Positions 26,614 through 39,671 are shown, counted from the first letter of the stretch. The stretch: DNA of 64,000 bases from Girardia tigrina (GCA_001938485.1 MQRK01220259.1:20077-84076); one strand, 5' to 3'. Made by a program: numbers and translations. Notes: generated by a model from the letters alone, not told the origin.

Positions 26614-27011
26614 AGTAACTTTAACATAGCTAATGATGGAGAATATTCCGAATGTAATGGATTTATTAAAAAAAAGCTTCAATAAAATTATTTTTTAACA
26701 ATATTAAATTAGCATTCACAAAACTCAGCATTATATATATACATAACTTATGTGTTTAAAAAAATATATTTATATTAAAAATTAAAATTATTTTAAAAAA
26801 ATAATAATAATTTAAATTATTTATTATTAAAATCCAGAAAAGTCTTTTGTCCGACTTGAGTTATACCAGTAAGCTTAGTTTCACAAATTAGCTTTTAAAC
26901 GTTTATGACATTGATACTCTTAAATTAGTCTTCTGGCTCGTGGTTTACTCAATTCAATTGAAGGATTCATGTTAGAAATTTTGTTTATTCAAGACTTTCT
27001 GAGCACATATT

Positions 27012-27196
27012 ATTATATTTCATTATTAATACGACAATACAATCAATTAATTAACATTCTTGACAAATAGCGTTAAAACTAAATTGGTTTTCCTCACCAA
27101 CGAAATCTCTAATTACTTTTTCAATAAATCAAAAACACAATTAGGTATGAAAGCAAATTTAGTCTACTAGTTTATATGTCACAAGTGTGAATCCTT
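27012..27196 (+). repeat. Inverted duplicate of about 25736-25920 (Penelope sequence plus flank)
   Basis: About 185 bp near-perfect reverse-complement match with a 1.1-kb spacer. Confidence 0.9.
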
Positions 27197-27656
27197 TAAA
27201 TTATCATGAAAAGCAGTAAATTGAGTCATGCCTTTTTTGTAGTCGTCAAGCACTCACTCTCGTTGAAAATTATCGGTAATATTTGATAAAAAAACCTTGA
27301 AATAACAATTAAAAAAAATACAATTAATAAAAATTAAAACGTCAAAATTAACTAAATTCAACAATTAGAGATGACTTTTGTGTTAGATTTATTAGCCATT
27401 TTATCGTTTTATTTACTTGCTATCAATTTGTTTGGGATCAAAGATAAACAAAAGCTTTGATGGCAATTTAGGCTGGTTTCTTTCATATTGACACTGCTCG
27501 CAGGCCTTTTTTGTAATACTGTCGAACATTTGGACTGATAACAACGCAAAATGTCATTAAATTATGGCAAATTTTGTGAATAGGGTAATATATTTTTAAT
27601 ACAATCATAAAAACTTTCAGCTTATCGTCCTTTTTAAAATTTTTTTATTGTGTATC

Positions 27657-28187
27657 TGTGAGGAATATTTTAAATTTGGTATGTTGAAATTGGTTTATTG
27701 AATTTTGTATGTTGAGTTTAGTATTTGGAAATGTGTTTCTCCCACCCAGATGGAAAATTGATATTGTGGATGTACACGATAAATAATTATTCGAGTATAA
27801 TTTGCATTTTAAAGTACAACATAAGATATTTAAAAAACTTTAAAAATATTAGATCGTTTCAAATTTTCATATTAAAATTTAAATAAAGTAAATAGTTTTA
27901 ACTAAGTTTTCAATTAAATAAATGTTATTTCTTTACATAAAATCATTTTTTAAATAAATTAATATGAAAATAAAATTATTACTAAAATTACAAAATTTGA
28001 ACTTTAAAAATAAAATCAGAAAATAATGAAAAATTTGTTCGAATAATTGTTTATTAAAAAACAATTACTAAAAATTATCAATTTAGAACGATGTTGAATT
28101 ACGAAAGTTTTGCTGAGAGTTGTCCAAAAGACAATTCTAATTGTATTGAAAATAAAAGTTCGAAAACCCATGTTGGTGTTCTTAATA
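27657..28187 (+). mobile_element. Solo LTR-like element, TG...TA ends
   Basis: TGTGAGGAATAT...TGTTCTTAATA flanked by a perfect 5-bp TSD GTATC. Confidence 0.88.
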
Positions 28188-28465
28188 GTATCAAAATAAC
28201 TTTAAGAATTTATTTTAATATTCTAAAAACAAATCATTTATAAAAACATCGAATCTAAAAAACTAAATAACCAAGATCGGTTTTGGTACTTGAATTCGCT
28301 CTACCATATGACGAAAATGGGACTTAATGGGTTAAATTTATTTTATCTGGTCACACTATCGTTCAGTTTACTTTTATAAGAATGTAAAAGGAATATTTTA
28401 TTTAACGAATTACTTCTATTCATCAGTTTTTTAATGTAAAAAAACTCATTGTCAAAATTTATCAT

Positions 28466-28881
28466 TGTGAGGAATATTTGGAATGTTTGATGTTTTGTGT
28501 TTGAATGTTGATTTGGAATTGTGTCTCTCCTACCCAGATGGATGATTAATATTTTAATTCTTATTATCTAAAAATATGTTATGTTTAAATTTATTTCTAA
28601 TTTAAAATAATTGTAAAATTTTAAGTAAGTTTATTAATTTTTACAAATTTTAATAAATAAATCGAATTAATGTTTTTTTTAAATAATTAATAATCATTTT
28701 AATTTTTATCCAATAAGTTTTAAGTAAATATTAAAATCAATTATTTATTTCTCCATTTGCTAAACAATAATAAGAATTAAGTCATTAATCAATTTAGTTA
28801 GAATGCACTCGTACGGCAAACAAAGACAATCAAACTTGTGTGTTAAGAAAAATATGAAAACTCAAATTAGCGTTCTTAATA
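28466..28881 (+). mobile_element. Solo LTR-like element, TG...TA ends
   Basis: TGTGAGGAATAT...CGTTCTTAATA flanked by a perfect TSD ATCAT. Confidence 0.88.
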
Positions 28882-29059
28882 ATCATAATTTAAATTGGAA
28901 ATTAATATCTCTAAAATAGAAGAAACTAATATTATTATTAATTAATTAATTATTATTAAACGATAATATTATACTAAACAACTAAAGAACTTCTAATAAA
29001 TAACTTCTAATAAACCTTTTAGTAAGTTTTGGAAAGTATTCTGAATAAAGTTCTTGAAG

Positions 29060-29640
29060 ACAACATAAGTAAGTCCTCCTGGAAGAACGTATAGAGTCAC
29101 CTACAATTTAAGCCCATCTTTAAACGTCATTGATGAATAACTTGAATGATACCTTGAAGACTTTCATATGATCATATATTTTAAATGTGTAAATTTGTTA
29201 CTTCATCTCTTCTAAACACTGCCTCGTCTAAAAGCAATACAGAAGGAACAAACAAGAGATCAAAAGTTTTTGAAGTGACTCATAGCAAAAGGTCTCCATT
29301 TTTGAGTCAAAAAAGAATAAAAATGTATGAACACTTTATATATGATATATTTACATGGATTCCTCTTAGAAGTATCCTCCATTCAGAACTCCGGTATGTA
29401 ACAATTTTCTTGTTCTGATATGTATATCTTTTTATATTTGTTGAAAGCATTCTATTTGTCAATGTGAACAAGCAATTCTTGATCATTCTCATGCATCTTG
29501 TCTCCGACACACGACGAACAAGAGCACCAAAGGTTATTTGACTTGCTTCCTTCTGTTTGGAAACATCATATTATGCTACTGCGCAGCCTTACGTGTATTA
29601 CCATTTGCGTGACTCATGCCAACTCATGTCAATCTGGTTA
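29060..29640 (-). mobile_element. Tc1-like (DUF4817 HTH-type) transposase relic
   Basis: HANGNTRKAAQ*HNMMFPNRRK, TFGALVRRVSET, SSEWRILL and VLLLDEAVFRRDEVTNLH motifs. Confidence 0.6.
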
Positions 29641-30302
29641 AAAAATTTATATAGAAACATAAATGAAGAGAGCACATTTACTAAATCCTTAATTGCGAAA
29701 TATATTTAGTGGAAACTTTGAAGACAGAATTATGAAAACATACCATATCATCTGATACCAAGATACAAAGCCAAGTACATGAATGATACCAGGTTCGATG
29801 GTATGAGTCTAAGTCGAATAAATGTGCACCCGAAAACTTTTAACCCATTTATTAAAAAACATAAATGTTGGAAATGGAATTTCAGTGTTATTATTAATAA
29901 TAAACAAAAAATCTTAAAAAATTGAATAGGTTTACAGCTTGAAGCGTATATATAATTGGATTACGTAGACGTGATGTACATTACATGATTCATATCTAAA
30001 TTATAAAAAGTTGTATTTTTATTAGAAATACTCAAAACGTAATATTATGCGAAAAAACTTCCAAGAATATCTGTTGAAAAATTTGTCTTAATAGTAGACA
30101 CCAGTTAGACAGTGGTAAAATCGTTTGTGGAAAAAGAATACGTGGGATAAATGTTTGACATTTATTTTATAAACATAATTAATTTTAACCATAGAATAAA
30201 TTTAAAGATTTCAAAAATAATAAATATTTTTTGATAAACATTGCAATATTTAAAAAATTTATAAATAATATGATGAAATATTTGAACTCCGCCCATAATT
30301 TT

Positions 30303-30344
<42 letters not shown>

Positions 30345-30769
30345 TGATTTAAAGAAAATTGAAGGATGTATGATACAAATAAAAGTTCTGAAATATAATT
30401 AACTCATTTAAGAAACATTAGTTTCGGTTGTTGCACAATGTTTTAATAAATATATTTTTTAATCTCATTTCATTTTTTTTTCAATTTTTATAACGGTTTT
30501 CAATTAGAACAGTTTAAAACTTAATTTCTAATAATATTAATAATGTTTATTTCTTTTGAAATAATCATTATTTACTTATATTGATATTTATGATATATTA
30601 TTATTTATATTTTAGAACTAACATCTTTTTTTAAATTTTTTTGAGCCGCTTTTAAACTTTAATTTCTTTTAAATTCGTAAAATATTTGTTGAAATTTATT
30701 TTCCTTCCTAATTTCTTTAAAATCTATTTTTGTAATGTTTTAACATTGTGAAGTAGGTACCATTATGGA

Positions 30770-31390
30770 CGGTTCAACCGTCATCTTCAGAACAAATGAA
30801 TTTCCAAACAAAAGTTACGTATTTAGTGCAGTTAGTGATTGTATAATCAATACATCAGTACATCATTTAAAAACATCCAACAAAATTATAGAGAATGTAG
30901 TTTGAATATTGATTTTGTGAAGCAAAGATCTTATATGTAACTCTTCACATGTCACTCTTTCCAAATAATTCTTAAATTGAGTGCTCAGAATTTTACTATC
31001 GTAAATTTATATCTCCTTTATAATGTCTTCTATGACCTGCCATGTTACTTTTCCCTTAATTGCGACTGAATTCATGGATTCTCCTACAGAGATGACACGA
31101 AGTTTCGTCAATGTATGTTGCGTTCCACTCATTACATGTATATTGGTAAATGAGATCCGAAGACAATCCTAACGGCGTTGTAGATTTATTGTCGAATATG
31201 TTCTTCATTTTTTGGGTACGGGATATTACTTTTAAACTTTTAGCATTATCTAAGGCTTTCACAATAGAATTTTTAAAAATTTTAAACCCCTCTGAATATT
31301 GTACAGTAAGAACATATCCAATATCTAAACTTTTATCATTGGTGTTGCAAGATCGCTCTTGATCTCGAACATCTGTAATTATAGTATTAT
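30770..31390 (-). mobile_element. Penelope-like GIY-YIG 3' fragment
   Basis: SDLIYQYTCNEWNATYIDETSCHLCRRIHE; ends in a truncated hammerhead CTGAAGA-T-GACGG-ttgaa-CCGTC. Confidence 0.85.
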
Positions 31391-31675
31391 TATTTTTGTC
31401 AATTAATTTACCAATAGTTTCTTTTTATTTTTTTCTCCACTATTGATTTTGAATATCCGCCATCATGTGATAATTTGTTTAATTTATTAAGGCTGTCATT
31501 TCATCCTTTTTATGCAGATGAAAGAGCACATGAACGAAAAGTAAGACCTTTAATCATACTTGAAAGATCTTTGGATTTTTTTATGTGTGATGGTAACAAA
31601 TTGCTCTGTAACCAAAGTATGAATTTCAAATGACAACAATGATCATAAAATATTTGACTGATCAAAACCAAAAGT

Positions 31676-31723
<48 letters not shown>

Positions 31724-33115
31724 NNNNNNNNNNNNNNNNNNNNNNNNNNNNNNNNNNNNNNNNNNNNNNNNNNTATATATATATATATATATATATATGT
31801 ATTATTGAGTCTTGTGAAAGCGAATTTTATATTTTTGAACAATAATTTTGTCAAAGTTTTTTTTACGAAATGAATTATTGAATATCTTTCGAAGTTTAAC
31901 ACTCCATTGTAAAAAAATATAATTTTAATGTTAGTTTTCATGAAAGATTGTGATAATAATAACAAAATATTTTTATAATTTAATTAAAAATTTTAGGATT
32001 CCAGGCGGCTTTACTTTATAAATTTCGAATATTAATTAATGAGTTTTAAATGTATGATTAATAATGATTCACAGAACTGCCGCTGAAAATATTAATCAAA
32101 TTCCTTCAGTAAAGCAGAAATCTCATTCTTAGACATAGAAAGGTTTTATTTTTAGAATCTTACTCGATTGACTCAATTATCAAAAGTTACAAAAGCAAAC
32201 ACCATGTCCCACAATGTGATGAATAAAATCTTTTCTAATTATTCCATTTTAGCATCGGCAACTAAAAATATATTTTGTATTAATAAAGATGAGAATATTA
32301 TCGATAGTCGAAAGAAAATCAAAGAATATTTGGAGTTGTGCATATGGCCCCAACTACCCCGTTCCATCATCAATTATGATTTCTCTTTTCATACAATTTT
32401 GTTTTTCCATCAAATCATTAATCCTTGAGCTAATAAATAATGAATGGTCCTCAGAGTTAGTTTTGTGGTAGGAACATTATTTCGATATTAGACTGTTTTC
32501 CATCAATAATAAACAACACATACAACAGTACTAGCATAAATAATAAATAATATTCTATATATAGAAAAAATTTAAATTTATGTATCTCAGTTTTGTAATT
32601 TTCATGCATTTATTCGTAAATATCTCGTTTTAATGATTATTTGTTTTGTCTGATGGTGATGGGTAGTCAGTCTAAGTAAATCAAGTTTTTAGCAATCAAT
32701 ATTTATAATATCGTTTAATTATTTTAATTTTAAAGTTGTTATTTAAAATTTTCAGAAAAAACCGTCGGTTCAAAATATTAAAATAACAATCTTCAATCTG
32801 AGTGGGAGAAACACGATCCTAAAAACAACATACCAAACACAACATACAATAAACATCATTCAATAAGCATAATCATACCAAAAAAATTTTTGGTGTACAA
32901 GCTTATATAATTTGTCATATGTTTGCGGTTCTGTATCTATTTCACCCACTTCCCACATTTTTGACTGAATTATCAAAGTCTACTAGGCGAAAACCCGCTT
33001 TCTATTTTCATTTAGATGTAGCAAATTTCAAAATCTACTACTGAGGAAAACATGAGAACGACAATTTAATTACTTTTTGCGGCCAAACTAAAGGCGGTAG
33101 ATGAGCAGTGACAGT

Positions 33116-33614
33116 TGTGAGGAATATTTTAAATTGTTTGAATGTGTAAATGTATGGATGCTGTATGTTGATTTAGGTATGTTGAATTTAGAATGGTGAT
33201 TCTCCCACCCAGATGGAAATTGGTTTTTTTATTAAATTTAAAGTGATTGACTTTTCGAACATAATTAAAATAATCATTTGATAAGTTCATATCTTTAATT
33301 TCAGAATTAAAATTAAGTTTAATATTTTTTAGTAAAATTTAAATTAAATGCATTTTTAATAATTTGATGTCATTTTTATTATTTTTGGATTTATTGAAAA
33401 ATGGTAAAAGTTAATATTTTTAATTAATATTTTTAGAGGTTAAATATTTTAAAAAATAACTTAGAAAAATAGTTCGATTAATCATGATTAAAAACAGAAA
33501 TAAGAAAACCAATTAGAACGATGGCAAACGATGAAAGACGTTCTGAGAGTTGTAATGACTCTAAATGTAATTGCAATAAAGATTCAAACGAGACTTGTTT
33601 AAATGTTCTTAATA
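33116..33614 (+). mobile_element. Solo LTR-like element, TG...TA ends
   Basis: TGTGAGGAATAT...TGTTCTTAATA flanked by a perfect TSD ACAGT. Confidence 0.88.
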
Positions 33615-33892
33615 ACAGTGAAAAAGTGTATTGTCACCTAGAATACATCAGCCCTGAAAGTTTCATGTCGCTCGGTGAACGGGAAGTGGGTGAATTTTCG
33701 ATCGAAAGATTTGATGCATCCAGGTAGGCAAACCAATGAAACGTAATAAAAGCTTGTAAAAATATTCATCAGAATAGCAATGAAAAGAAAAACAAAATAA
33801 ATAAATGATTATACATAATTTTAAAATTTTCGAAATTTTTATTTAAAATCTTAATAAAATTAAAATATAAAAAAATGATTTCGACTGATTGG

Positions 33893-33924
<32 letters not shown>

Positions 33925-35603
33925 CGTTTATGTAATATTAAACATTTATGTTAAATAAATCTGAGACATTTTTCCTATGTTTTTGTTTTTTAAATTATCA
34001 CAAAATAAAAAAATTGGTTTATTTTTAGTAATGAAAGAACAAAAAATTAATCTTTTACTTTATTAATTTTGACAGTCGCAATTTGATTTAGATTTATTCC
34101 TAAATTACGGTTGAACAAAGTGAGCGTCCTCAATTTTCATTATTATTTTTATTAAAAATTGAAAATTTTCTAATAAAATTAATTATTACTATTTCAATTT
34201 TTGATATAAAAGAATATTAATGAGATTAGTTGATTCGATATTGATATTTAGAAAATTATATATAATTAATTTTATTATTATATAGAATTTTAAAAATAAT
34301 TTTTAAACTATTAGAAACATAAATATAAATTGGAAACACATATTCATTGATAAAAGTTTTTTTCAACTTTTTACAAATAAAGATTATAATTTTTCACAAA
34401 ATTCAATCAGCTTTTTTATAACTCGAGTGATTAAACAAAATTAAGAATATTTATCGACTTTATTATCGCAGAATACCAATACTAAAACTACTTGAGTTAA
34501 CAAAATAAACTTAGAAATTTGAAAATTAAATATCCTATTTTATTTATTTTTTTCTAGGCGTGATTAACATCTTTTAAATATATTTTCTTTTTCAGGAGCC
34601 CAAATAAAAGTCTGAAGGTGAAAGATTGGGTCTAGAAGATGAATGTCCAAAGAGTCTAAAACCACTGTCTTGGTAAATCGAAACAACTACATAAATGAGT
34701 AACCTAATTGGTGATTTACTTTCTTTCTTCTCCTTTTTCTGCATTATTTTAACATACCTTCATAAATTGTACCTGTAATAAAATATATCAGAGGCATGTA
34801 CTAATTATGCATAACATATCTTTAAGCCAAGATCACATGAAGTACCAGAATCTATAAATCTGGATTTTAATTTCAACGGAAGATTTTCATCAAACTTTCT
34901 CACTCCCCTGATTCATATTTGTTCTCTGATAAAGAAAGAAAGAAAAATTCATCCTCAGTCGTAATCTTTGAAATGAACTGAATGACCAACCTGTAAAAAT
35001 GGTCTAAGTTGATAGTGGCGCATTGCTCACGTCGCTCTCTAATTTCTGGTGTAAGTGATTTCGGTACACGTTTTGAGAGTATAACTTCCGATAACCTAAG
35101 TTGAAAGTGATTCAGTGATGTGAGCCTATAGAAATATATAGCTATTTCAATCAACTCTGAAACTTAAATACACCTGTGCTGTCGAAATATTAACTTACAT
35201 TTATAAAGATATTCATAAAAATCACCCATGACCTACCATGATTTGAAAAGTTATAATCAATAGATTGGTTATCTTTTTTGTATCCTGAGATTAATTTGCA
35301 TATTTTTGATCTCAAATGAAAATTGTCTTGATAAGCATATGTAATATCAGAAAATATTTTTTCATTGTTTTTAATCAACAACAAAAAAGCTTGTTCTGGA
35401 AAACAAATCAAAAGAATTATTTGCACTTCCAAAAATTTATTTTCACCAAAAACTGACGATTAGGACAACTCGATTTAAATAAATGAAATCAATCTTCACA
35501 CACATAAATCGATCTTCGATGAATTTTTGAATGGTTAAATTTGAATGTTTTCCATAAAAATAGTTCATAAAATCAGTTATCAGTAATAATAGATCAAATT
35601 TAG

Positions 35604-36247
35604 TGGGCCTCCCATCTCTTTCAATGGTATTGAGCCGTAGGCTCTTTAGATGGTCCATCCAAACTAATAAGCACTAGCAGCCCCCCGACAGGCCTACTAC
35701 GAGGTTGTCAGCTTTCCGCTTACGATGCCTCTTCGGACCCCCAGTAAAAAACGACCAACCATGCTCGGATGTTCCATGATTTAGCATTCATTTGACCGTT
35801 CCTGCGGACTTTGAACAGCCAACAAAAGGACAATTTAAATTTCCTTTTTCAAATAAATTCATTAAAAGGAAATTTAACACTTCTAAGGAGATCGTTTCCG
35901 AGAGATTGGTTGAAACATTCATATTGGCGGTCCGTACCTGAATACAGCTTGTAATTGTTGGATTGTCTTCCTTCTTACTGGTATCGCTGATCAAATTTAC
36001 CAAACCACACAACAGTCCTCTGCTTTTTTTCTTTGATGCTTCTGTTTGATTTGATTTGCTTCTTCCGTGTGATCTGTCTTGTAGTGTCTGGACAGCCACC
36101 CCATTGATGCATAGCTCCTAGAGCAGTACTGACATGGATAAGGTTTTTCTTGTCCGATGCCGTTTCATGATCCATTTTAATATGTCTATTGAGCTCCTTT
36201 TGTTCTGCAAAGGCCTTTTTGCAAAGCGCGTATTGACATTGGATTCA
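35604..36247 (-). pseudogene. Triple C2H2 zinc-finger coding relic (possibly the N-terminus of an R2/NeSL-like retroelement)
   Basis: CQYALCKKAFAEQKELNRHIKMDH, PYPCQYCSRSYASMGWLSRHYKTDH and CPFVGCSKSAGTVK*MLNHGTSEH across frameshifts, followed by KRHRKRK. Confidence 0.75.
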
Positions 36248-36339
36248 GTAATATATTTACTATTATTTTGCTAAAAATCGATTTTGTAAAAATTACAAAT
36301 TTTCGTTATTAAGAAATAGTATCAACAAATATAAACAAA

Positions 36340-37180
36340 TAAAATGCAAAATTGCGGAGTAACTGGAGTGAATCCATTTAAGAATGTGATCAATCTGGAT
36401 ACCCCGCATCAATACAATTCTGTCGGTAAAGTGCCCTAGCCAAATGACGCCCGGAAGTCGATTGAATCGATCGAAAACCGTACAAGTTATTAAATGGTTA
36501 AATTAACACTAATTTAGAATAATGACGATTTTAACGATTCCTACACGGAATTTCGCGAAAATTTTTATGAAAATTTCAATAAAATACTAATTTATTTGAT
36601 AAATGACCATTTTTATCACTTATTTACTAATTATATTTCTTAAAATCAATTTAGGTTAAATTTGCAAAATTTCGTTATCATTTGATTCACGGTTTGTCGA
36701 TCAAGCACAAATTCCATAAAAAAACATAACCTAGTAGGAGGGAGGGGGACAGAATATAATGACGACGTGTTACTTGGGGGGAGGGGGGTTTAGGAAATGT
36801 AACGTCAAATCGAAATGCTGAAGCATTTAGAGAAAGAATTCTGTGACGAAATTTGACGAGGGAAAGAAGGGATTGGAAATCTGCTAAAATTGCGAGATGT
36901 CATTTTTGTACAGCCCCTAAATGTAAAATAGTGGAGGAACAGTGATTGAATCCATATAAAATTGAGATAACTCTGCATAGTCCGCATCGAGATGGTTCTA
37001 TTTGTATGGCTCCTTTGCCGAAAGGCTCCGGGAGCCGATTTAACTGACTGACTGTTAAATCAACACAGAATTCGAAACAATAAATAATAAATTATAATAA
37101 TTACGATTTAAAAATTAAAACAGAAACTTTCAAAGTTGAAAATTCAGCTCCACCGTCAAATATGACGCGTCTTTTTCTAG
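36340..37180 (+). mobile_element. Non-autonomous Helitron (copy 1, 5'-truncated)
   Basis: Colinear with 46820-47912; 3' hairpin CGTCA-aata-TGACG then CTAG|T; carries an unrelated G-rich insert at about 36730-36920. Confidence 0.85.
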
Positions 37181-37623
37181 TATAAAAATGTCTTATCAAC
37201 AAAAAAAAGTGTCTTATCTATTCAAAAAAATTCTTTTGTCTTATATTAAAACATATCAATCGTAAAAAAACGAAATTCTAACTAATAAGGATCAAAGAAT
37301 AAATTTCTGATGAAATATTACAAAACATGTTTTCGATCGACAAGTTTGAGCAGACTCCAAGTTTCGAGCAGATTCGATCGGGCGATATCTTCGTAATCAA
37401 ATTATGAGCGGTTAATTTAAATTTCCATCTCGCCAGAACAATTTATTATTTTTTTTTATTTAAAAGGTAAAATATTTTAATGTTAATATGCTTATTAAAT
37501 ATTTTAAAATTAAAAATGATATAATAAAACAACTATTAAAAAATCAAATACGTATTTAAAAATAAAATATGTTTTTAATGTTTTTTTAAATATTTTAAAT
37601 ATTGTTAAAATGTTTGTGAAATT

Positions 37624-38188
37624 ATGGTAAAGTTAACAAAGAAGGTGCTGTATCACATTTTGAAGAGTGCAGAAATAACAGAAGAAGAACTTAACACAGC
37701 GGTGGTGCAAGCAGAGGGAATATTAAACTCTACGCCTATTTGTCAAAATAGTAGCGACCCAAAGAACGAAAGTGCGCTGACACCAAATTCCTTTCTGCGA
37801 GTCGGAGACGAGCACGTGGAGTTAAGTTTTGAAACGAAAGATGCTCCCAGTCTACGAAGTAGGTGGCGGAGGATACGAGAGCTGATGGATCACTTCTGGA
37901 AACGATGGAGGCAAGAAGTAGTTATTGCGTGGAGAACGAGATTGAGATGGAGATTGGGAAAGGTGTCTTCACAAAGAGGGGAGCTAGTATGGATACTGGA
38001 CAAACGAGATGCCTTTGGAAAATGGAAACTCGGACGGGTCTTGAAAACATTTGAAGGATCGGATGGGAAGGTCAGAGTCGTTGAAGTCATGATCGATGGT
38101 AAAAAGGCGATGAAGAGCATCACAAAGATTGCACCGTTGGAGCTTCAGGAGAACGTTGATCCTCCCGGGTCGAATCAAAGGGGGAGGA
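37624..38188 (+). mobile_element. BEL/Pao LTR-retrotransposon integrase C-terminus with polypurine tract; the 3' LTR starts at 38189
   Basis: EELNTAVVQAEGILNSTP, LTPNSFL, FWKRWRQE, WKLGRV and GSDGKVRVVEV motifs; AAAGGGGGAGGA|TGTT. Confidence 0.93.
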
Positions 38189-38638
38189 TGTTTCAGAATG
38201 AATTAAAAATTTTATTAATTGAATTCGAAAATAAAAAATTAGATATAACATATATATAAATATGTATATTTGGTTTTTAAAATAATTCGTTAATTAAATT
38301 TGTTTGTTTAATAGGACCTAAAATTAATTTATTATTATTGTTAAATTGAGATCAAAATAAAAAAATTCGTTAGCAATATCAATTTTCTTTTCATTAATTG
38401 AAATTGAAGGTCTAATTTAAAAGAACAAATAACTTTGCCGTTTGGTTATATTTTTAATGTGGATTATTTTATAGACATTTGAAGATAATCATGTAAGGAT
38501 TCCTTAAGGAATTTCTAATTCCTAAGGATTTTCATGTTAAGGAAATTGTGTATCAAAGCAACTGACGAGATTTCAGCACCTACTAAAATTTGTGAAGACA
38601 TTCATGATCAATGGTATGAATTAATGAGAATATTTCAA

Positions 38639-38925
38639 AGTTGTGGAAACTATATTGGAACGAATTTTTAGAAAATAATCACCAATGAACACGGAATCAA
38701 AACGACGACTGGTGTTTACGAAGGCGACAGTGATTTGCAATTACAGAGAATTTATGTTTACTTTTCTTCTGGAATTCGTGGAAAGTGTGTGCCGATCAGC
38801 GTCATGGTTGAATTGAATAGTACCACTCTCGATTACGTACTGAATTCGAATCTTGAGAAATTGTTTCAACCAGATTATTTCATTGGTGGTTCCTCAAGTG
38901 CTTCTAATAATTGCGAAAGACATAC
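38639..38925 (+). pseudogene. Divergent beta-tubulin N-terminal fragment
   Basis: CGNYIGTNF*KIITNEHGI..TGVYEGDSDLQLQRIYVYF..GKCVP..LFQPDYFIGGSSSASNN; TAG at the conserved Trp (38669-38671). Confidence 0.88.
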
Positions 38926-39450
38926 GGCCCTCTTCAGGGCCAAAATTCGTGATTGGGAATTCGTGATAGTGATGTCATTCATTTACTTATGATTGCTTAC
39001 TGATTCTTAATAGTTACATAATTTTTTGGTCCTACTTTTCTATATAAAAAAATTAAGTTGTAGTTTTATAAATGTATTTTTAATATTTGTTTCAACAATT
39101 AAATATTCTTAAAAATATTTATTAGAATAAAATAATATTCTTTTAAAGCAAAATAAATTCTATGGAATTTGGAATAAAATTTATTCTTCTTAGAACAATT
39201 AAATATTCTTAAGTGAACCACTAACCAGTCAGAAGCGTTTCTGACTAGGCTAGGGTGATCGCGACCGTTGCTGCCTAGGCTAAGGACATATGAACCATCT
39301 GATTTTTTCCAATTTTTATTGATTTTGCACATTTTGTCATATTGACTTGCACATTTGGAACTTGATTTTGATTGGCTTAGCACATTTGCATTGCTCGGAA
39401 AGAGGGAATCAATCAGAAACATTTCTGTCTATACTAAGGTGAACGGAACC

Positions 39451-39537
39451 GTTGCTAGGGACTCAGGAATCAATCAGAAACGTTGTCAAGTGAACCGGAA
39501 CCGTTGCTATGGTAACCGCGGCCGTTGCTATGGTAAC
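39451..39537. promoter_or_regulatory. Cluster of RFX X-box-like motifs
   Basis: GTTGCTATGGTAAC at 39503-39516 and 39524-39537, and a half-site GTTGCTAGGG at 39451. The motif match is direct; function is unproven. Confidence 0.45.
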
Positions 39538-39671
39538 GGGTGACCCCAGGGGGTTTGTGGGTCGAATGCCCATTTTTCCCCTAATAATATAGTTTAATTT
39601 TTAATATAAGTAATATTTTTAAAAAAATTAAAATAATCATATTAAATATTTTAATTAAAGACATTTTATAA

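Noticed and set aside
28300-28335. piggyBac element
   Set aside because: Only one terminus-like GGGACTTAATGGG|TTAA, with no partner end or ORF.
34720-35600. Intact multi-exon gene on the minus strand
   Set aside because: Coding-like, but I could not build a consistent splice model or recognise any homology.
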